DNA of 64,000 nt from Octopus bimaculoides (Eukaryota): positions 131,104,330 through 131,168,329 of the forward strand of contig NC_068982.1 of NCBI RefSeq assembly GCF_001194135.2, written 5' to 3'. The notes under the pieces were generated by a model. The model worked only from the letters and a program-made list of their open reading frames with translations, did not search any database and was not told where the DNA came from. Each line of letters starts with the position of its first letter. Positions within the stretch are counted from its first letter, which is position 1. A program made the translations under genes and the position numbers. This document shows positions 11,600 to 25,735 of the stretch, piece by piece.

Positions 11600-12340
11600 T
11601 AACTGATACAGGTCATTCAAATTGCACATGTTGGTAGAGTAACTCTTCTTCCTGTTCTTCATTATAGACAAATAATGAGTTCCAAGCAGGAGCAACTAGC
11701 AATCGTTGAATTCTTGACAAAGGAGGGGGTGTGGGTTGTCCAGCAGCCACTCAAAGTAAAGGTTGTTTAAGGAGATGACACCATTGACAAGAGCAATGCT
11801 CACAGATGGATGAAGTTTAAAGGAAGGGAAACTGGCACTCAAGGCAACCTACAGTGGGAGACCCTCAACTACAACCATTGACACGAATTGCCAGTGAATA
11901 GACAAAATGATTTTTGCACAGATGAGTCACAATTTGCAAACTTCTGCACAACTGGGCTGTGGCCATAATGCATTACACAAAATGATGGAAGACTTTGGGT
12001 AACAAGAAGTATGTGCAAAGTGAATAGCTTGGTAGCTGATACTTGATTTGAAGGAGAAAAGGGTATAAATCTGCTCTGAGCTGCTGGAAGCATTTGAAGC
12101 TAATAAAGACATTTTTTTTTCTCTCATCTTGTCACAAACAATGAAAATGATCTGAAAATGAAGATTCAGTCCATGGAATGGAGTCATACCTCTTCTCCAA
12201 GGCTTAAGTTCAAGACCCAGTGATCAACACAGAAGATTATAGTGACTGTTTTTTTTTTGTAGTTTTTTTTATGATAATGGCTTTAAAATCCCTGATTTCC
12301 AGGAATATGATCAATACACTGAGGTACTCAAAGTGTTTGA
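11600..12340 (+). mobile_element. Mariner (Tc1/mariner) transposase pseudogene fragment
   Basis: MSSKQEQLAIVEFLTKEG...D..IDKSN.HRW..FK.G...SGRPST and later QSMEWSHTSSPR.KFKTQ..KI.VTVF, typical of mariner HTH and catalytic-domain start. Frameshifted; no intact TIR pair seen. Confidence 0.8.
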
Positions 12341-13229
12341 CATTACCTCTGGTATAACCCTTGTGTGTGTATATATATTATATGTACACACACACACATG
12401 CTCGCATACACAGCTAAAGTTAAGGTAATGTGGTCAAAAAAGTTTCCCATCCATGTGGTTCTAGGTTCTGTCCCATTGTGTGACAGCTTAGGTAAGTGTC
12501 TTCTAAAAACCCTGGATAACCAATGCTTGGTGAGGGGAATTTGGCAGAGAAAAACTAAGTGAGAACCCAAAGTGTGTCTGTATGCTATTTGTGTTTGTCT
12601 CTCGCTACTTCACAACTGAGGTTGAATAGTTTGAATATACACATATACACCCACCTATCCAAACACACACAGACACATATATATATACAAGAAAGACAAA
12701 AATACAGACAATCCTTATTTACTAAAGGGGCAGTTATTCTCTGTATTCCAGTCAGTGCAGACTGAGACCAACCCAACACTGCCACTAAAGTTAATAATTA
12801 GGTGTGCCTTATGACATCATCAGCAACACTGAGTTTAATGATTCCCTCCACTTAGATCATTATGTCCAAGCAAGTTCAGACATATAATTTAGTTCATTTG
12901 GGCAACACAAAGCAAGAGTTGTTTGTCAACTTGCCTATATGCGAGTACACCTCTTTTACACATCTTCCATTGGTAACATTCTTTTCAAAAAAACACAAAT
13001 CAACGAAGTTACTGTGAATCCTAGAATCTTCCCATAGTTGGTATTCTTAATGAATATTAAACATTTAGGTTTCAATGCACTGAAGATACAGATACACACA
13101 CACACATGTATGTATATTTATCTATTTATATATCATCATCATCATTTAACATCCATTGTCCATGCTGGCATGGGTTGGACGGTTTGACTGGAGCTGGCAA
13201 GCTGGAGGGCTGCACCAGACTCAGGTATA

Positions 13230-13335
<106 letters not shown>

Positions 13336-13682
13336 CACAAATATACCCACATACTTATGACTACATAAATATCAGGGTGAATGTGTGTAAGAGAGAGAGA
13401 GAAAGAGGGTATATAAGTACACCCATTGTATTTAAACATATTCTTTCCTTCTTTTACCAGCTTCAGTCACTGGATATGGTTATGTTGTAGCAGCACCTTC
13501 AATGGAATCAGTTCAGTACATCAACACCAGTGTTTATTTCACCTTAGTACTTTTATCAATCTCTTTTTGTCGTACTGCTAAGTAAGTGGTCATAAGCAAC
13601 AAAGTAAGCATAAACATCCAGACAGAGAATCATGCCAAAAGTGGAACACTCCAACCTATACGAACATTGAAAGCTTATGCAA

Positions 13683-13740
13683 AAAATTATGATTAAATAA
13701 ATTATGATTAAATAAATTATGATTAAATAAATTATGAATT
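13683..13740. repeat. 15-bp minisatellite (AAATTATGATTAAAT) x about 3.7
   Basis: Direct reading of the sequence. Confidence 0.9.
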
Positions 13741-16700
13741 AACAGCATGTTTTCAAATTAACAAAATCACACCATATCATGTTGTAATAATTAGCATATT
13801 GTATCTAGTGCTCAGTTGCACTACAACTTTTCATTTTTAATACATATACATATTTGTATATGAACACTGATGACAAGAAACAAAACTGATGCCTTTGTGC
13901 ATATAATTGTAGTGCAGTTTAGTTAATTAACTAATTGGTGACATTGATGAATCTTTCCCTGTTGGCATAAGATGGAGTTGCTGGTCTGAGCCTCTTCCCA
14001 TTGGGAGAACTGCTCTTAAAGTCAAGGCACTTGGAAATGTCATTTCACTTGGTTTCTACGGTTGGATGCCCTTCCTAAAGCCAATCCCTTTACAGATTAA
14101 AAAATATGACCACTTTAATATATAAATAATTCAAAAGTTGATGAAATTTCTTACAATAATGTTATTTTGTCTTTCTATGGGCTGTTGTGTATTTTTGTCT
14201 ACCACTTTCTGTTGTTCAAAATATATATGTATTTTTATATATAATTTAAAACAAGAGAATTGATTGCTCTGTTAGCAGACATAAGCTAGAAACCTACTAC
14301 TTACTGTGTGTCTCAGTTGCAACCTACTACAGCAAAAATACATCATAAATAGATAAGAAGGAGGAGATGTTACCAAGGTTTCATGAAACTTTCTTTTGAT
14401 TTTATTGATCAGAAATCAATGCTGTTTGTTACATTAGAAAGAAGAAAACATAGTTGGAGATGGTTTTTTTGAAATATTTCCAAGGTAAACCTTTCTCATA
14501 AGATTATGTCACTCTGAAAATGCACAAACAAATCTTAGAATATGGGCGTCTTAGGTGGGGATATATGAGGTGGAACATTAATCAAATTCACATAGGTGTT
14601 TTATTTCTGGAATGTTACAGGTTGTTTATATGTAAAAATAAGTAATAGGTATCAAATAATGATACAAGATATCCATTAATCAGAGAAGAATAAATGTGTT
14701 GACCACAGTACACTCAATGTGCAATATAAGGAACTGAGAGATAGATTGAGTGTAGAATGCAAAATGGTAACAGCAATGATTGGCATATAAGAGGTAAAGA
14801 AAAAGAAAGATAACATAAATGCTTTAGTTGAAAGATATAATGAGAATACATAGGGCATTCTAAAAATTTTATGCATGTCAATGATGGTAAATTACCATGA
14901 TGGTAATAAAGAACTCCCCAAAACAAATCAAAGATAGCTACAAAACTGATGCGGAAGTAAAACAAAAAGACCAACCTAGTCCATGCCAGTATAACAAAAC
15001 AAGAATTAAATTTATGGTGAAGTTAACGATTTAGATAATGTTAACAGTAAGTTTGATAATAATGACAATGATGTCGATGATAACAATAACAATTGTGAAG
15101 ATTATACGATTATGATGATGCAGAATATTCTCCATGTTTTGCTACATTACAGTCATCATCATTTTATGTTCATCTATGCTGGCATGGGTAGCATGGTTCA
15201 ATAGAATTCAAAAGGTCAGATGACCAAGATGCTCCAAAGTCTCATTTTCAGCATGGTTGGCACAGCTAGATGCTCATCCCTAACATCAAACACTTTACAG
15301 AGTGTACTGAATGCATTTTTCATCGTAGCAGCACCACAAGGACGCCTCACCATCAGCAAGAGCCAATTGAAGCCCTGCATTGTTGCTACCTGAATTGGTA
15401 ACCAATCACTGATAGAATGTACTGGGTAGCTTTTGTATCACCAGCATTGTTGGGGGTCATGTTACAACTTGTAAAGCAAAAGAGATGGATGAAATATATT
15501 TGTTCTGAGAGTATGGTAATGGAGAGAATAACAGAGGGAAAAGTATTAGGGTAGGAGTGATGGAGACCGAGGAGAGACAAAGAAGAATAATGATAGGGAT
15601 TAGTATGAAGGAGAAGGGTGACAAAGTGGTAATGGTAATGAGTTGTGTTGAATAAGTGGCCCCAGTAATAGGGTGGCTCAGTCGGTTTGGACAATTCCTC
15701 AAGACAGTTCTTATTAGAGTTACACAAGTTAGGAGGGGAGAGTAACAGAGACAATGTTAGGGAAAGGGGTAATAGGAGGGAAAATAAAAAATGATGTCAG
15801 GAGTTTAGTGAGAGAGAGTTAGAGAGTAATAGGACAGTAAGTGGGGGATGAGAAGAAGACGGACTGCTACCTTATGTTATACAAGAGTAGGTAAATTGAC
15901 ACACTGAAGGAAAGAGAACAAAAACCATTGAACCCTATTCCAACTTTTGTTTTTTGCTCATCTTTTTTTTTTCTGTTTCTGACATGGCATTATTTAGTGT
16001 CCAACACATTTTTCTAAACAGAGAAGACTTTCCTGTTTATTTTTTTCTTTTCTGACACTACTTGATAGATGATGATGATGATGATGGTGGTGTTGATGAT
16101 GATGATGTCCAAATGAATTCAAATCACATTTAAAGTAAATAATGTTCCATAGTAAAACAAAACAAAAAAATAACGAAAAAAATTATACACACTACAATGC
16201 ATTACATAGTGAATGTTATTTATCTATTCATATCATGTCTAAAACAAGAACCATATGTATACAAACTGATACCAAATCAACAGCCAAAAACCTATATTAT
16301 AAAACCAAAAAAAAAAAAGTAGAATAAAGAATTAAAAAAAAAACCTGGTCAAAAAATATATAAAAAAATTAAAAAATACACACTTGAAACAGAATTAGTA
16401 AATCACTAAACCATTTAGTGGCAACAAGAAATAGCAAAGACATACTAAATTGAGCATAATAAAGTATTACTGAAATAGATAAATAGACCAACAGCCTATT
16501 TCCAGTTTCAGAGAATGACATCAACACAAAACCAATAAATAATATTGATAATGCTTGAAGTTACATTCTCCATTGGACTTTTAACTGATGACATTTTAAC
16601 ATAAACTGTAGCAATAGCAACAGAACAAATGATATTAATACAAAATTCAAGGATTTATAATCACCACCATTCTAAATATTATAGTTCCAGCTTTCACAAC

Positions 16701-17150
16701 AATTGCTTTGAAACATTAGTCAGATATTTAGACACACAACTGTTAATTCTATTGATGGTGTATGTGGTTATGTACGTTTACGCATGAGTATGAATATCTT
16801 TGGGTGCAGCCCTGTGTGCACATACCAGTTTGTTTCTTTTAATGCTTCTGTGTGAATAAATGTGTGTGTGTGTGTGCATGCGTGTGTGCGTGTGTGAGAT
16901 GATAATGATGATATATATAAACTATACTTTTTTGTTTCAATCCTCACCAGTTCTTTCCAGAATGGAAAAGTAGGCATAATCTAACAATAGCATGGGTGAT
17001 ACAGGTATAGCTGGGTATGTCAAAAAGTTTAATTCCAAGCCAAGTAGCTTTTGAATTCAGTTCCATAGTGTGGCACCTTCAGTAGGTATCTTTTATTAAA
17101 CCTACAGACCATCTGAAGCCCTGTGAATGAATTTGAGTCACTGGAAGAAG

Positions 17151-17194
<44 letters not shown>

Positions 17195-17220
17195 CACACA
17201 CATTTATGTGTATAAACACA

Positions 17221-17312
17221 CAGTTATGTGTTAGTGCAACATATAGCTAGGTAATAATTTGCATTATAAGTATACCAATTTCTAATAACCAAGTATTGAT
17301 ACTGCTGTGTGC

Positions 17313-17320
<8 letters not shown>
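17221..17320 (+). repeat. About 95-bp repeat; inverted partner at 21735-21838
   Basis: cagtt(a)tgtgttagtgcaacatatagcta...aataaccaagtattgatact is the near reverse complement of agtatcaatacttggttatt...tagctatatgttgcactaacacacaactg. Confidence 0.85.
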
Positions 17321-17356
<36 letters not shown>

Positions 17357-18435
17357 CTATATATATATCATCATTATCATCATCGTCATTTAACATCCGT
17401 TTTCCATGCTGGCATGGGTTGGACGGTTTGACTGAGGGCTGGCAAGCCAGAAGGCTACACCAGGCTCCAATCTGATCTGGCAAAGTTTCTACAGCTGGAT
17501 GACCTTCCTAATGCCAACCACTCCAAGAGTATAGTGGGTGCTTTTTACGTGCCACTGGCATGAGGGCCAGTCAAGTGGTACAGGCATTGAGTATGCTTGA
17601 ATGGTGCTTTTTATGTGCCACTGGCATGGGAGCCAGTCAGGCGGCACTGGCAACAACCATGCTCGAATGGTACTTTTTGCATGCCACCGGCACAGGACCA
17701 GTCAGCCAGCACTGGCATTGACCACACTCGAATGGTGCTCTTTACATATGTGTGCGTGTGTGTGTATATGTGTACACACACACACAAACCTATGTATCAG
17801 TCTTTCTGTTGATCAAGGTCTCTATCCATCTCCTCTGATATACATACATACATACATACATGTGTGTGTAAGTGTGTGTGTAGTCAGAAAAAGCAGGCCC
17901 ACTCTATTGATTGGCATTCAAGCTTTAATCACTATCAGATACACTCCAGTCTCTGACCCACTGGAATGCTGTCTCTCCTCTCTGTCTTTTCTATCACAAC
18001 TATAATGACTTCTGTTCATTGGAGATTGCTCATGGTATACCTCCTACAATCAAGCACCCCAACACACTTGTATCTCTACTTTTCATCACTTGTTGCATCA
18101 AGCCCCTTCTGTTGGCCTTGCACTAAACACTATATCCAGGTCTTCATCCCCAGAACATTGGCATTGACCCTGTGAAATCTTCTCTATGTTCATGTCTTCT
18201 ATGCTTGTGTTAAACTTCCATTAATTTAAATGGAATATTAATGACATCAAACCCACTGGTTTTGTAGGATATGCAAAGGTCATAAGCAATGCTGTTCCTA
18301 CAAATTCAGCAGGGAAAAATAAATAAAAAAAAAAACATATACATACATACATCTGTATATATACACACACATGCATACATATATATGTACACACATGCAT
18401 ACATGTATATGTGCACATGTGCACGCATGTCTACA

Positions 18436-19060
18436 CCAAGATGTACATCTCAGCTGGCAGCCAATTGACTGCCAGCTCAGATGTGCATCTCTTCTTGGAC
18501 TTTTCTGTCTCTATCCCTTGGAGATGGTTCATCCCATTCCTCAACAAGACTGCACATCTCAATTCTTGAGCTGCAGTGGAGAAGTCCCTGACCAAGTTCG
18601 TCCGCATGGCTGTCACGCAGCGATGATCATCTCAAACAATTCACTCAGCAACTGGCTTCGTCTTTCTACTCTTTGAGTCACAGAAAAAAAAAGCCCAATG
18701 CCAAAAAAAAAATGCCCAAAGGTATCATGGGCACCGGAGGCAAATCTGAAAAGCTGGAAGCCTCTAGTTCATGACTACATATTGGCGGCGAATCTTAAAT
18801 GGTCACTCTCTAATGGTCATCACAGCATTGGGAAATGAAATGCCAATGGCTAGCTCCTCCTGGGCCTTTGCACCGAGCACCAACTCCCTATTTCGTCTCC
18901 CTAGCCGACAAAAGATGAACTGGAAACACCCACGGTCTAAACACTGGCAAATCCTCAACTATGTTCTGATAAGATCCAAGGAAAGATAAGATGTATGCAT
19001 CACCTGCTCCATGCCTGGTGCAGCTGGCTGCTGGTCAGATCACCAGCTTCTTAGGTTTTG
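18436..19060 (+). mobile_element. RTE-BovB-like LINE 5' region/endonuclease fragment
   Basis: GHHSIGK..ANG.LLLGLCTEH...LFRLPSRQKMNWKHPRSKHWQILNYVLIR...SDH, the AP-endonuclease tail of BovB-type RTE. Frameshifted. Confidence 0.8.
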
Positions 19061-19415
19061 CCTTTTCGGCAGATTGAGCTGGGCAATCTTCCTGAAGTGA
19101 TTTGTAATTTGTCCACTTCCCTACTTATTAAGATTTTGATCTTTGCTAGATTAACTCTAAGGCCCTTTGATTCTAGACCTTACTTCCACACCTGGAATTT
19201 CTTACACACACACGCGCACGCACATATAGATACATGTATATATATGTGAGTGTGTGTGTGTGTGTGTGTTCATATATGGAAGGCAGATGTTAAACGATGA
19301 TGATGATGTGTGTGTTTATAGATATATATATATGTATACACACACACACACACAGACACATGTCCCTATCTACACAATGAATATATAATAATATTGTTAA
19401 TTCAATTAATAACCT

Positions 19416-19643
19416 TTAACCCTTTAGTGTTTAAACCGGCTGTATCCGGCCCAGATATTCTACACATTTTATGCTCAAACTGGCCAGAACCAGCCTCTCA
19501 CACCTTCTCTGCAATGTCATTCTAAATATAAGCAATTACATCTTTCCTATCTTGAAGCTACAAAATAATATCAGATATTTTTTTTTTAATGTGAATAAAT
19601 AAGGATTACTTTTGGCAAATTAATCTGAACGCTAAAGGGTTAA
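19416..19643 (+). mobile_element. piggyBac MITE family 2 (other copies 45372-45600 -, 47859-48073 -)
   Basis: TTAA|CCCTTTAG...CTAAAGGG|TTAA with intact TSDs. Ends match the 32917-35532 element. Confidence 0.85.
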
Positions 19644-19914
19644 ATGCTGCTATTGTTTTCAGTTGTTGCTGCTGATACTGCCATTGTTGTTGTCACCAAG
19701 TCTACATACGATAGTATTGAATAGTAGTGGGAGGAATACTAAGCTAACACGTGCTAAATAAAAGTATCATGTACAAGCATTCTATTTGGTGCAACCAGAC
19801 TGTATAACATGCATAGTGTTATCACTCTGAGAAACAAAAAGAAAGTGTCATTTGGCTAACTTACAGAATTAGCAAACTAAGATAGCACAACAGAGGATGC
19901 TTCAACTTTTATTC

Positions 19915-20555
19915 CTTTATTTTTTTATTTGTTTCAGTCATTTGACTGCGGCCATGCTGGAGCTTCGCCATTAGTTGAACAAATCAACCTCAGGACTTAT
20001 TCTTTGTAAGCCTAGTACTTATTCTATCAGTCTCTTTTGCCAAACTTCTAAGTTACGGGGACCTAAACACACCAACATTGATTGTTAAGTGATGTTAAGG
20101 GGACAATCACAGACACACACACACATATGACAGGCTTCTTTCAGTTTCTTATTTCCTTATTGCCCACAGGGGGCTACACACAGAGGGGACAAACAAGGAC
20201 AGACAAACGGATTAAGCCGATTATATCAACCCCAGTGCATAACTGGTCCTTATTTAATCGACCCCGAAAGGATGAAAGGCAAAGCTGACCTCGGCGGAAT
20301 TTGAACTCAGAACGTAGTGGCAGACGAAATACCACTAAGCATTTCACCAGGTGCTCTAATGTTTCTGCCAGCTCACCGCCTTTTCAGTTCTTTTCAGGCT
20401 TCTTTCAGTTTCCGTCTACCAAATCCACTCACAAGGCTTTGTTCGGCCCGAGGCTATAGTAGAAGACACTTACCCAAGGTGCCATGCAGTGGGACTGAAC
20501 CCGGAACCATGTGGTGGTAAGCAAGCTACTTACCAAACAACCATGCCTGTGCCTA
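19915..20555 (-). mobile_element. tRNA-derived SINE family B (CORE-like CCTTGGGCAAGT), interrupted by a family A SINE
   Basis: Reverse complement of the intact copy at 45711-46066. Split at 20148/20381. Confidence 0.85.
20149..20380 (-). mobile_element. tRNA-derived SINE family A nested in SINE B. Other family A copies about 5565-5770 -, 22680-22875 +, 26025-26230 +, 37030-37260 -, 54380-54600 -, 54870-55020 -, 57545-57775 +, 60055-60275 +
   Basis: Head GGCGGTGAGCTGGCAGAA...GAGTTCAAATTCCGCCGAGG (A/B box-like). Flanked by the 18-bp duplication CAGGCTTCTTTCAGTTTC (20131-20148, 20395-20412). Confidence 0.85.
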
Positions 20556-21220
20556 TCAGTAAATTTTATATATCTTTTTTCTTCTCATTTTGTGTCAGTC
20601 AGAAATGGTGGTGTTGGAAAGTAAAATACTGCATTGTTTAATTATTTAGAATTTACTGCAATATTGAATAAAAGAGCAACTAATAAAAGAACAGATACAG
20701 AATGGANNNNNNNNNNNNNNNNNNNNNNNNNNNNNNNNNNNNNNNNNNNNNNNNNNNNNNNNNNNNNNNNNNNNNNNNNNNNNNNNNNNNNNNNNNNNNN
20801 NNNNNNNNNNNNNNNNNNNNNNNNNNNNNNNNNNNNNNNNNNNNNNNNNNNNNNNNNNNNNNNNNNNNNNNNNNNNNNNNNNNNNNNNNNNNNNNNNNNN
20901 NNNNNNNNNNNNNNNNNNNNNNNNNNNNNNNNNNNNNNNNNNNNNNNNNNNNNNNNNNNNNNNNNNNNNNNNNNNNNNNNNNNNNNNNNNNNNNNNNNNN
21001 NNNNNNNNNNNNNNNNNNNNNNNNNNNNNNNNNNNNNNNNNNNNNNNNNNNNNNNNNNNNNNNNNNNNNNNNNNNNNNNNNNNNNNNNNNNNNNNNNNNN
21101 NNNNNNNNNNNNNNNNNNNNNNNNNNNNNNNNNNNNNNNNNNNNNNNNNNNNNNNNNNNNNNNNNNNNNNNNNNNNNNNNNNNNNNNNNNNNNNNNNNNN
21201 NNNNNNNNNNNNNNNNNNNN

Positions 21221-21261
<41 letters not shown>

Positions 21262-23522
21262 ACGCATGTATCCTAAAGACAGAGGCCAGATTTACAGTAA
21301 TGTTTATATGCATCCACAGCTGGTTGCATATCCTTGACTTTTTGCACACTATCTGCCAACATTACAACTATTACGTAATTCCAAGCCCCAAGAAACAGCA
21401 GTCAGACCTAAAATACAAGGTATCTTTTGTACTCCATGTAAATCTGTTCTGTAAATATATAAACATCTATATGCTTATACACAAATGTTCATCTTCTGAA
21501 TATTTTCAGTATTTGTTTCTCTCTTGACATATTGTTAAATATATTTACATGTATATATGTAGGTATATGTTATATCCCAAGCCCAATTATGCTTATACAT
21601 TTATAAACACACACACGTTTCTGTGTGTGCATGTGTGTATGTTGTGAGTGTGGGAGTGGGTATGTGTGTGTATATATATATATAGATAGATAGATAGGTA
21701 GATAGATAGATAGATAGATAGACAGATAGATAGGTACACCCAGTAGTATCAATACTTGGTTATTAGAACTTGGTGTACTTATAATGCAAATTATTATTTA
21801 GCTATATGTTGCACTAACACACAACTGTGTGTTTATCTATGTGTGTGTATGTAGCTACATGCACACATGTTGATATAAGAGACATGCACAATATCAGGTG
21901 GGCAAAGATGTTTATATCCATAGCATGATTGTTTCTTAAACAAAATGTAGGAAGAAAAATAGAACAACTTTGTTTAAAACAACTGAGACAAGGCATTATC
22001 TATAGGACTAAAATTATTCAGTTGTAGGAGAGGTGGTCAGGTAGGGGATACTATTTTTCTGAAGTTTCAGTCTGTAATATGATGACATTATGGAAATACT
22101 TGACATATGTATAAGATCAACAGCAGAAAGTAGTTTAAATCCTTTAGTCCAGTAAAAAGGAATGGTATTACGTTTTAAGTGTCATACACTTTCATGTCAC
22201 AGATCAGTCGTCATTTAATGTAAAGAACTTTCTTTAAGAAAACTACCTAATTTGTGATTCAGACTGAGTCTAGTAGCAAAGAACTAAGTAGGAAACTAAC
22301 ATTTAGTCAACCAGTGAGCAAATCACTGAGCCAAGAATCTCGCAGTATCAAGCTACTTTATCGCTTTCCCTCAGTATGTATCTAAACACACACACACACA
22401 CACACACATTCTCTCTTCACTAAAACATTACAGTTCTATGTATGATAATTCTTTTATTTGCACTGATACTCATCAGCAGGTGATGTAAGCAGTATTTCAT
22501 GCTTCAGAATTTCACTGACTAAGTTTTGTATATAACTACTAAGAAAAATTATTCTAGCAACCTTAAAAAGACGAAAAGTTCAGCATTACCAGAAGTTAAA
22601 AGTTCCTTTTACTAACTATATGATATTTTAAAATCAACCTAAAGATATTCTATTATAGCTGATACAAGAAGGTGGCAAACTGACAATGTTGTTTGTGAGT
22701 CAGGACAAAATGTTTAGTAGCATTTCTTCAGGTTCTTTATGTCCTGGGTTCAAATTCTGTTGAAGTCAACTTCACCTTCCATCCTTTTAAGGTCAATAAA
22801 AAAACTTCTTCATGCAATCAACTCAACCCCGCCCCTAAAAGTGCTGGCCTTGTATCAAAATTTGAAACAATTATAATAGGTATAAGAAAAATCCAAGAAT
22901 ATTGAAGATATGTTTTAAGATAATTAAAACCTAACAAAAGCCAATTTTTTAATGTTGCTTGTCATAGCTGTTGAGATTCTTTTTTAGCATATTAATGATA
23001 AATGTTAAATAAAATAACTAGCAACAGTATCTAGGTTGCAGACTTGACCTACTGGAAGCAGACCATTATTCTACAGTGTTTGCCTTTAAGTAGATGCTTA
23101 GTTGGCTTTAATTTCTCTAAGAATTTAGAGATGTCTTTCATTTCTTAAGGCTGTGGTGTCTGGAATAAAATTTCAGTGACTGTTACTATCTGCAGAAGAC
23201 AGTTTATACAATTTTTCTATAAATACTAAATCAACTTCACTCTCAGATTGTTTAGTACTGGATCTAATGAAAATGAGAATGCAGAAGAAGTAAAAAGGTA
23301 GGCATGGCAACATGTTCTGATTAGGTCTGGGACAGAGTCAGCAATTTCAAAAGAATACAAGTAATTAATATAACAAAACAAGAGCTGTTGAATTGAAGGT
23401 TGGGGAATTAATATGAATTGTATGCTTTCTCATTTCAACTTGTATCATTTCTGACACTATCATTTGTAGACATAAGCATATATAAAATGGATACAAACCA
23501 CTGTCACTGTCTGTCTGTTTGT

Positions 23523-23570
<48 letters not shown>

Positions 23571-23609
23571 ATATATATATATATACACACATATATAACA
23601 TACACACAT

Positions 23610-23960
23610 CTCATACAATCCTAGAAACCATACCATCTTACATTTGATCAAACGATACCTTTCAGCCTTAAACCAATAATCAGGTCTTAGAAAAATAATT
23701 AAAGAATCATAAATAATTAATGTCCAAAAACAACAACCAAATCTTAAAAGACTCTTAATAAAGGTGAAATTCACATCAGTAGAAGAAGTAATGCAGGTAA
23801 CAAAATGTGGAGACCTTCACAGTGGAAGATGTGAAATAATGGAACTTGGCAAAACCAAAAAGTTCCAGAAAGGAAAGGAATTGAATCATTTATTGCATCA
23901 ATGTCCACAATGCAAAGAGAATTACATGGGTCAAACAGGATCAAAATTAATACATACTAT
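23610..23960 (+). mobile_element. Penelope-like element fragment (linker plus start of GIY-YIG endonuclease)
   Basis: YNPRN...KQQPNLKRLL.KVKF...VTKC...RC...QCPQCKENYMGQTG, the Penelope C..C...Y(I/M)GQT motif. Confidence 0.75.
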
Positions 23961-25660
23961 TTCTGGGTGGGTCACTGGAGTAGAGTCTTCAGGTACCTCC
24001 ACCATACAATCCTATCAGAAGCTGGATTCCCAAACATGACTTACTGAGACTATGGATATTGGTCTAGTCCTAGGTCACCTGCCAGATGGTTCAGGTTGAA
24101 GAATCTTTCTTGCAACGTTTTACTCACATTTCCTTAGTATGGGAGCTGTGACTTCTCAATGCAGAGAAGTAGTAGCTCAATCTAGACCCTTGTCTGTATA
24201 CCAGAAATTATAATCAGAAATGGGCAGAAAGGAAGCCGTCTCTGAAAGGCTAGGGTGGAAGTAGCGAATGCCTATATCACCTCGGTAGTGTACTACTGCC
24301 TAGCCGTCATACCTTGTCCTAAGACAACTCTGACCAGATTGGAGCACTTGTTTTTCTGATTCTTATAGAAGGGTCAGATTCCACTGGTCAGAAAATCTAT
24401 CTGCTGTCAACACCCACACCATAGTGGTTCTGGAAATGCTATCTTTAATGATGTGGCACCATGCTCTGAGGCTGTCGAATCTACAGAAACATCTAAATCA
24501 CTGTGATGATGTAGACGATGACGATAACGATGAAAATAAGGGTGAACTGGTGTGGGCATCTTCCATGCAACACGTCTTTCCGCAACTCATCTCATTGACA
24601 GAACTGCAGTCATGGGTCAAATGTTGACCAAGGTTGGGCATTTGGCATCTAGAATGTTGCCAGGCACTCACTGCATTGGGCCAGCTGCCCAAAACTGATA
24701 GCAGAAAAACAACACAAGTTTTCTATAGGAGGCTAGTTGAGGGTATGATTGATGATGGCTTAAGATTGAATCTAGGCAGCAACGAGAACAGTCTGAGTAG
24801 TCTCTTCCAGAGGACAATTTTCAAAAGTCTTTGGCTTGGCAGTGCTACAGAAGGGCATTGCCTGTTTGAGACAAGCTCTTCAGGCATGGAAGTGCCAACA
24901 GCCGAACCTGCTCAGGACGCTTGCAGGGTAACAAAACTGTTTTGCATGCAATAATTCAGTGTTCATGCATTAGAGAGTTGTGAGATTGTGTGGAACAGTT
25001 GTTGTAAGATGAATTCAGCCTTCTGCTGAGTGTATAGTGAAGATTGATGCACTACCTTCCCTTAGCAGAGAAGGAAGGTAGATCTTTCTCTGCTTAGTGG
25101 CTATGGCTGTTGCAAAGGTGGCTGTGTAGTGGACCCGTCTGAAAGGTTTGATGACAAGCACATTCTTATCTGGTCAAGCCCTCATCAATTTCTTCAAATA
25201 TCACTTGAAGAGAAAGGTGAGGTTAGAGTGGAAGGTGCTACCTTCTAGTGTGTTTATCAAAAGGTGATTGATAGTGGCAAGACTGGTGAGACTGAATGGA
25301 TCTACTCTGAATATGTTTTTCTAAGCAGGAGGAAAGAAACTGGAAGAGGGCACTTTCCCATGCCTTGGAGATGGCAAAGTAATCCAGGATTTTTGTGTGG
25401 GGTTTACCCTCGATTACCCTAAGTGGACTGCCCCACTACTGGGGATTCTATTTATTTGTTTATTATTTATTTCTCTACTTTGTATTATAAATCCTCTGTT
25501 ATATCCTTTAATGTGGTAGTATCTCCTCTTGATTGATGTTAACCCCACATGTTTTTGATTTTGTATTTTTATTTTTTTTTTGCTGTAACTCATTCTTCAG
25601 TATTGTCCTCCATATCTTGGGCCCTTATGGCCAATAAAAGAAATCATCATCATCATTGTC
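23960..25660 (+). mobile_element. Tx1/L1-clade LINE, 5'-truncated and decayed
   Basis: VANAYITSVVYY.L.V.PCP...RLEHLFF.FL.KG.IPLVRKSICCQHP; AWQCYRRALPV.DKLFRHG..TC...TVLHAIIQC (zf-RVT); HLKRKVRLE. Ends AATAAAAG plus (ATC)/(AAT) tail. Confidence 0.8.
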
Positions 25661-25688
25661 AATAACAGTAATAATAATAATAATAACA

Positions 25689-25735
<47 letters not shown>

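Noticed and set aside
23246-23297. Overlapping exon-like signals on both strands (+: LFSTGSNENENAEEVKR; -: SSTKQSESEVDLVFIEKLYK...stop)
   Set aside because: Mutually conflicting, no phase link to exons A/B and no homology; expected by chance in AT-rich DNA.
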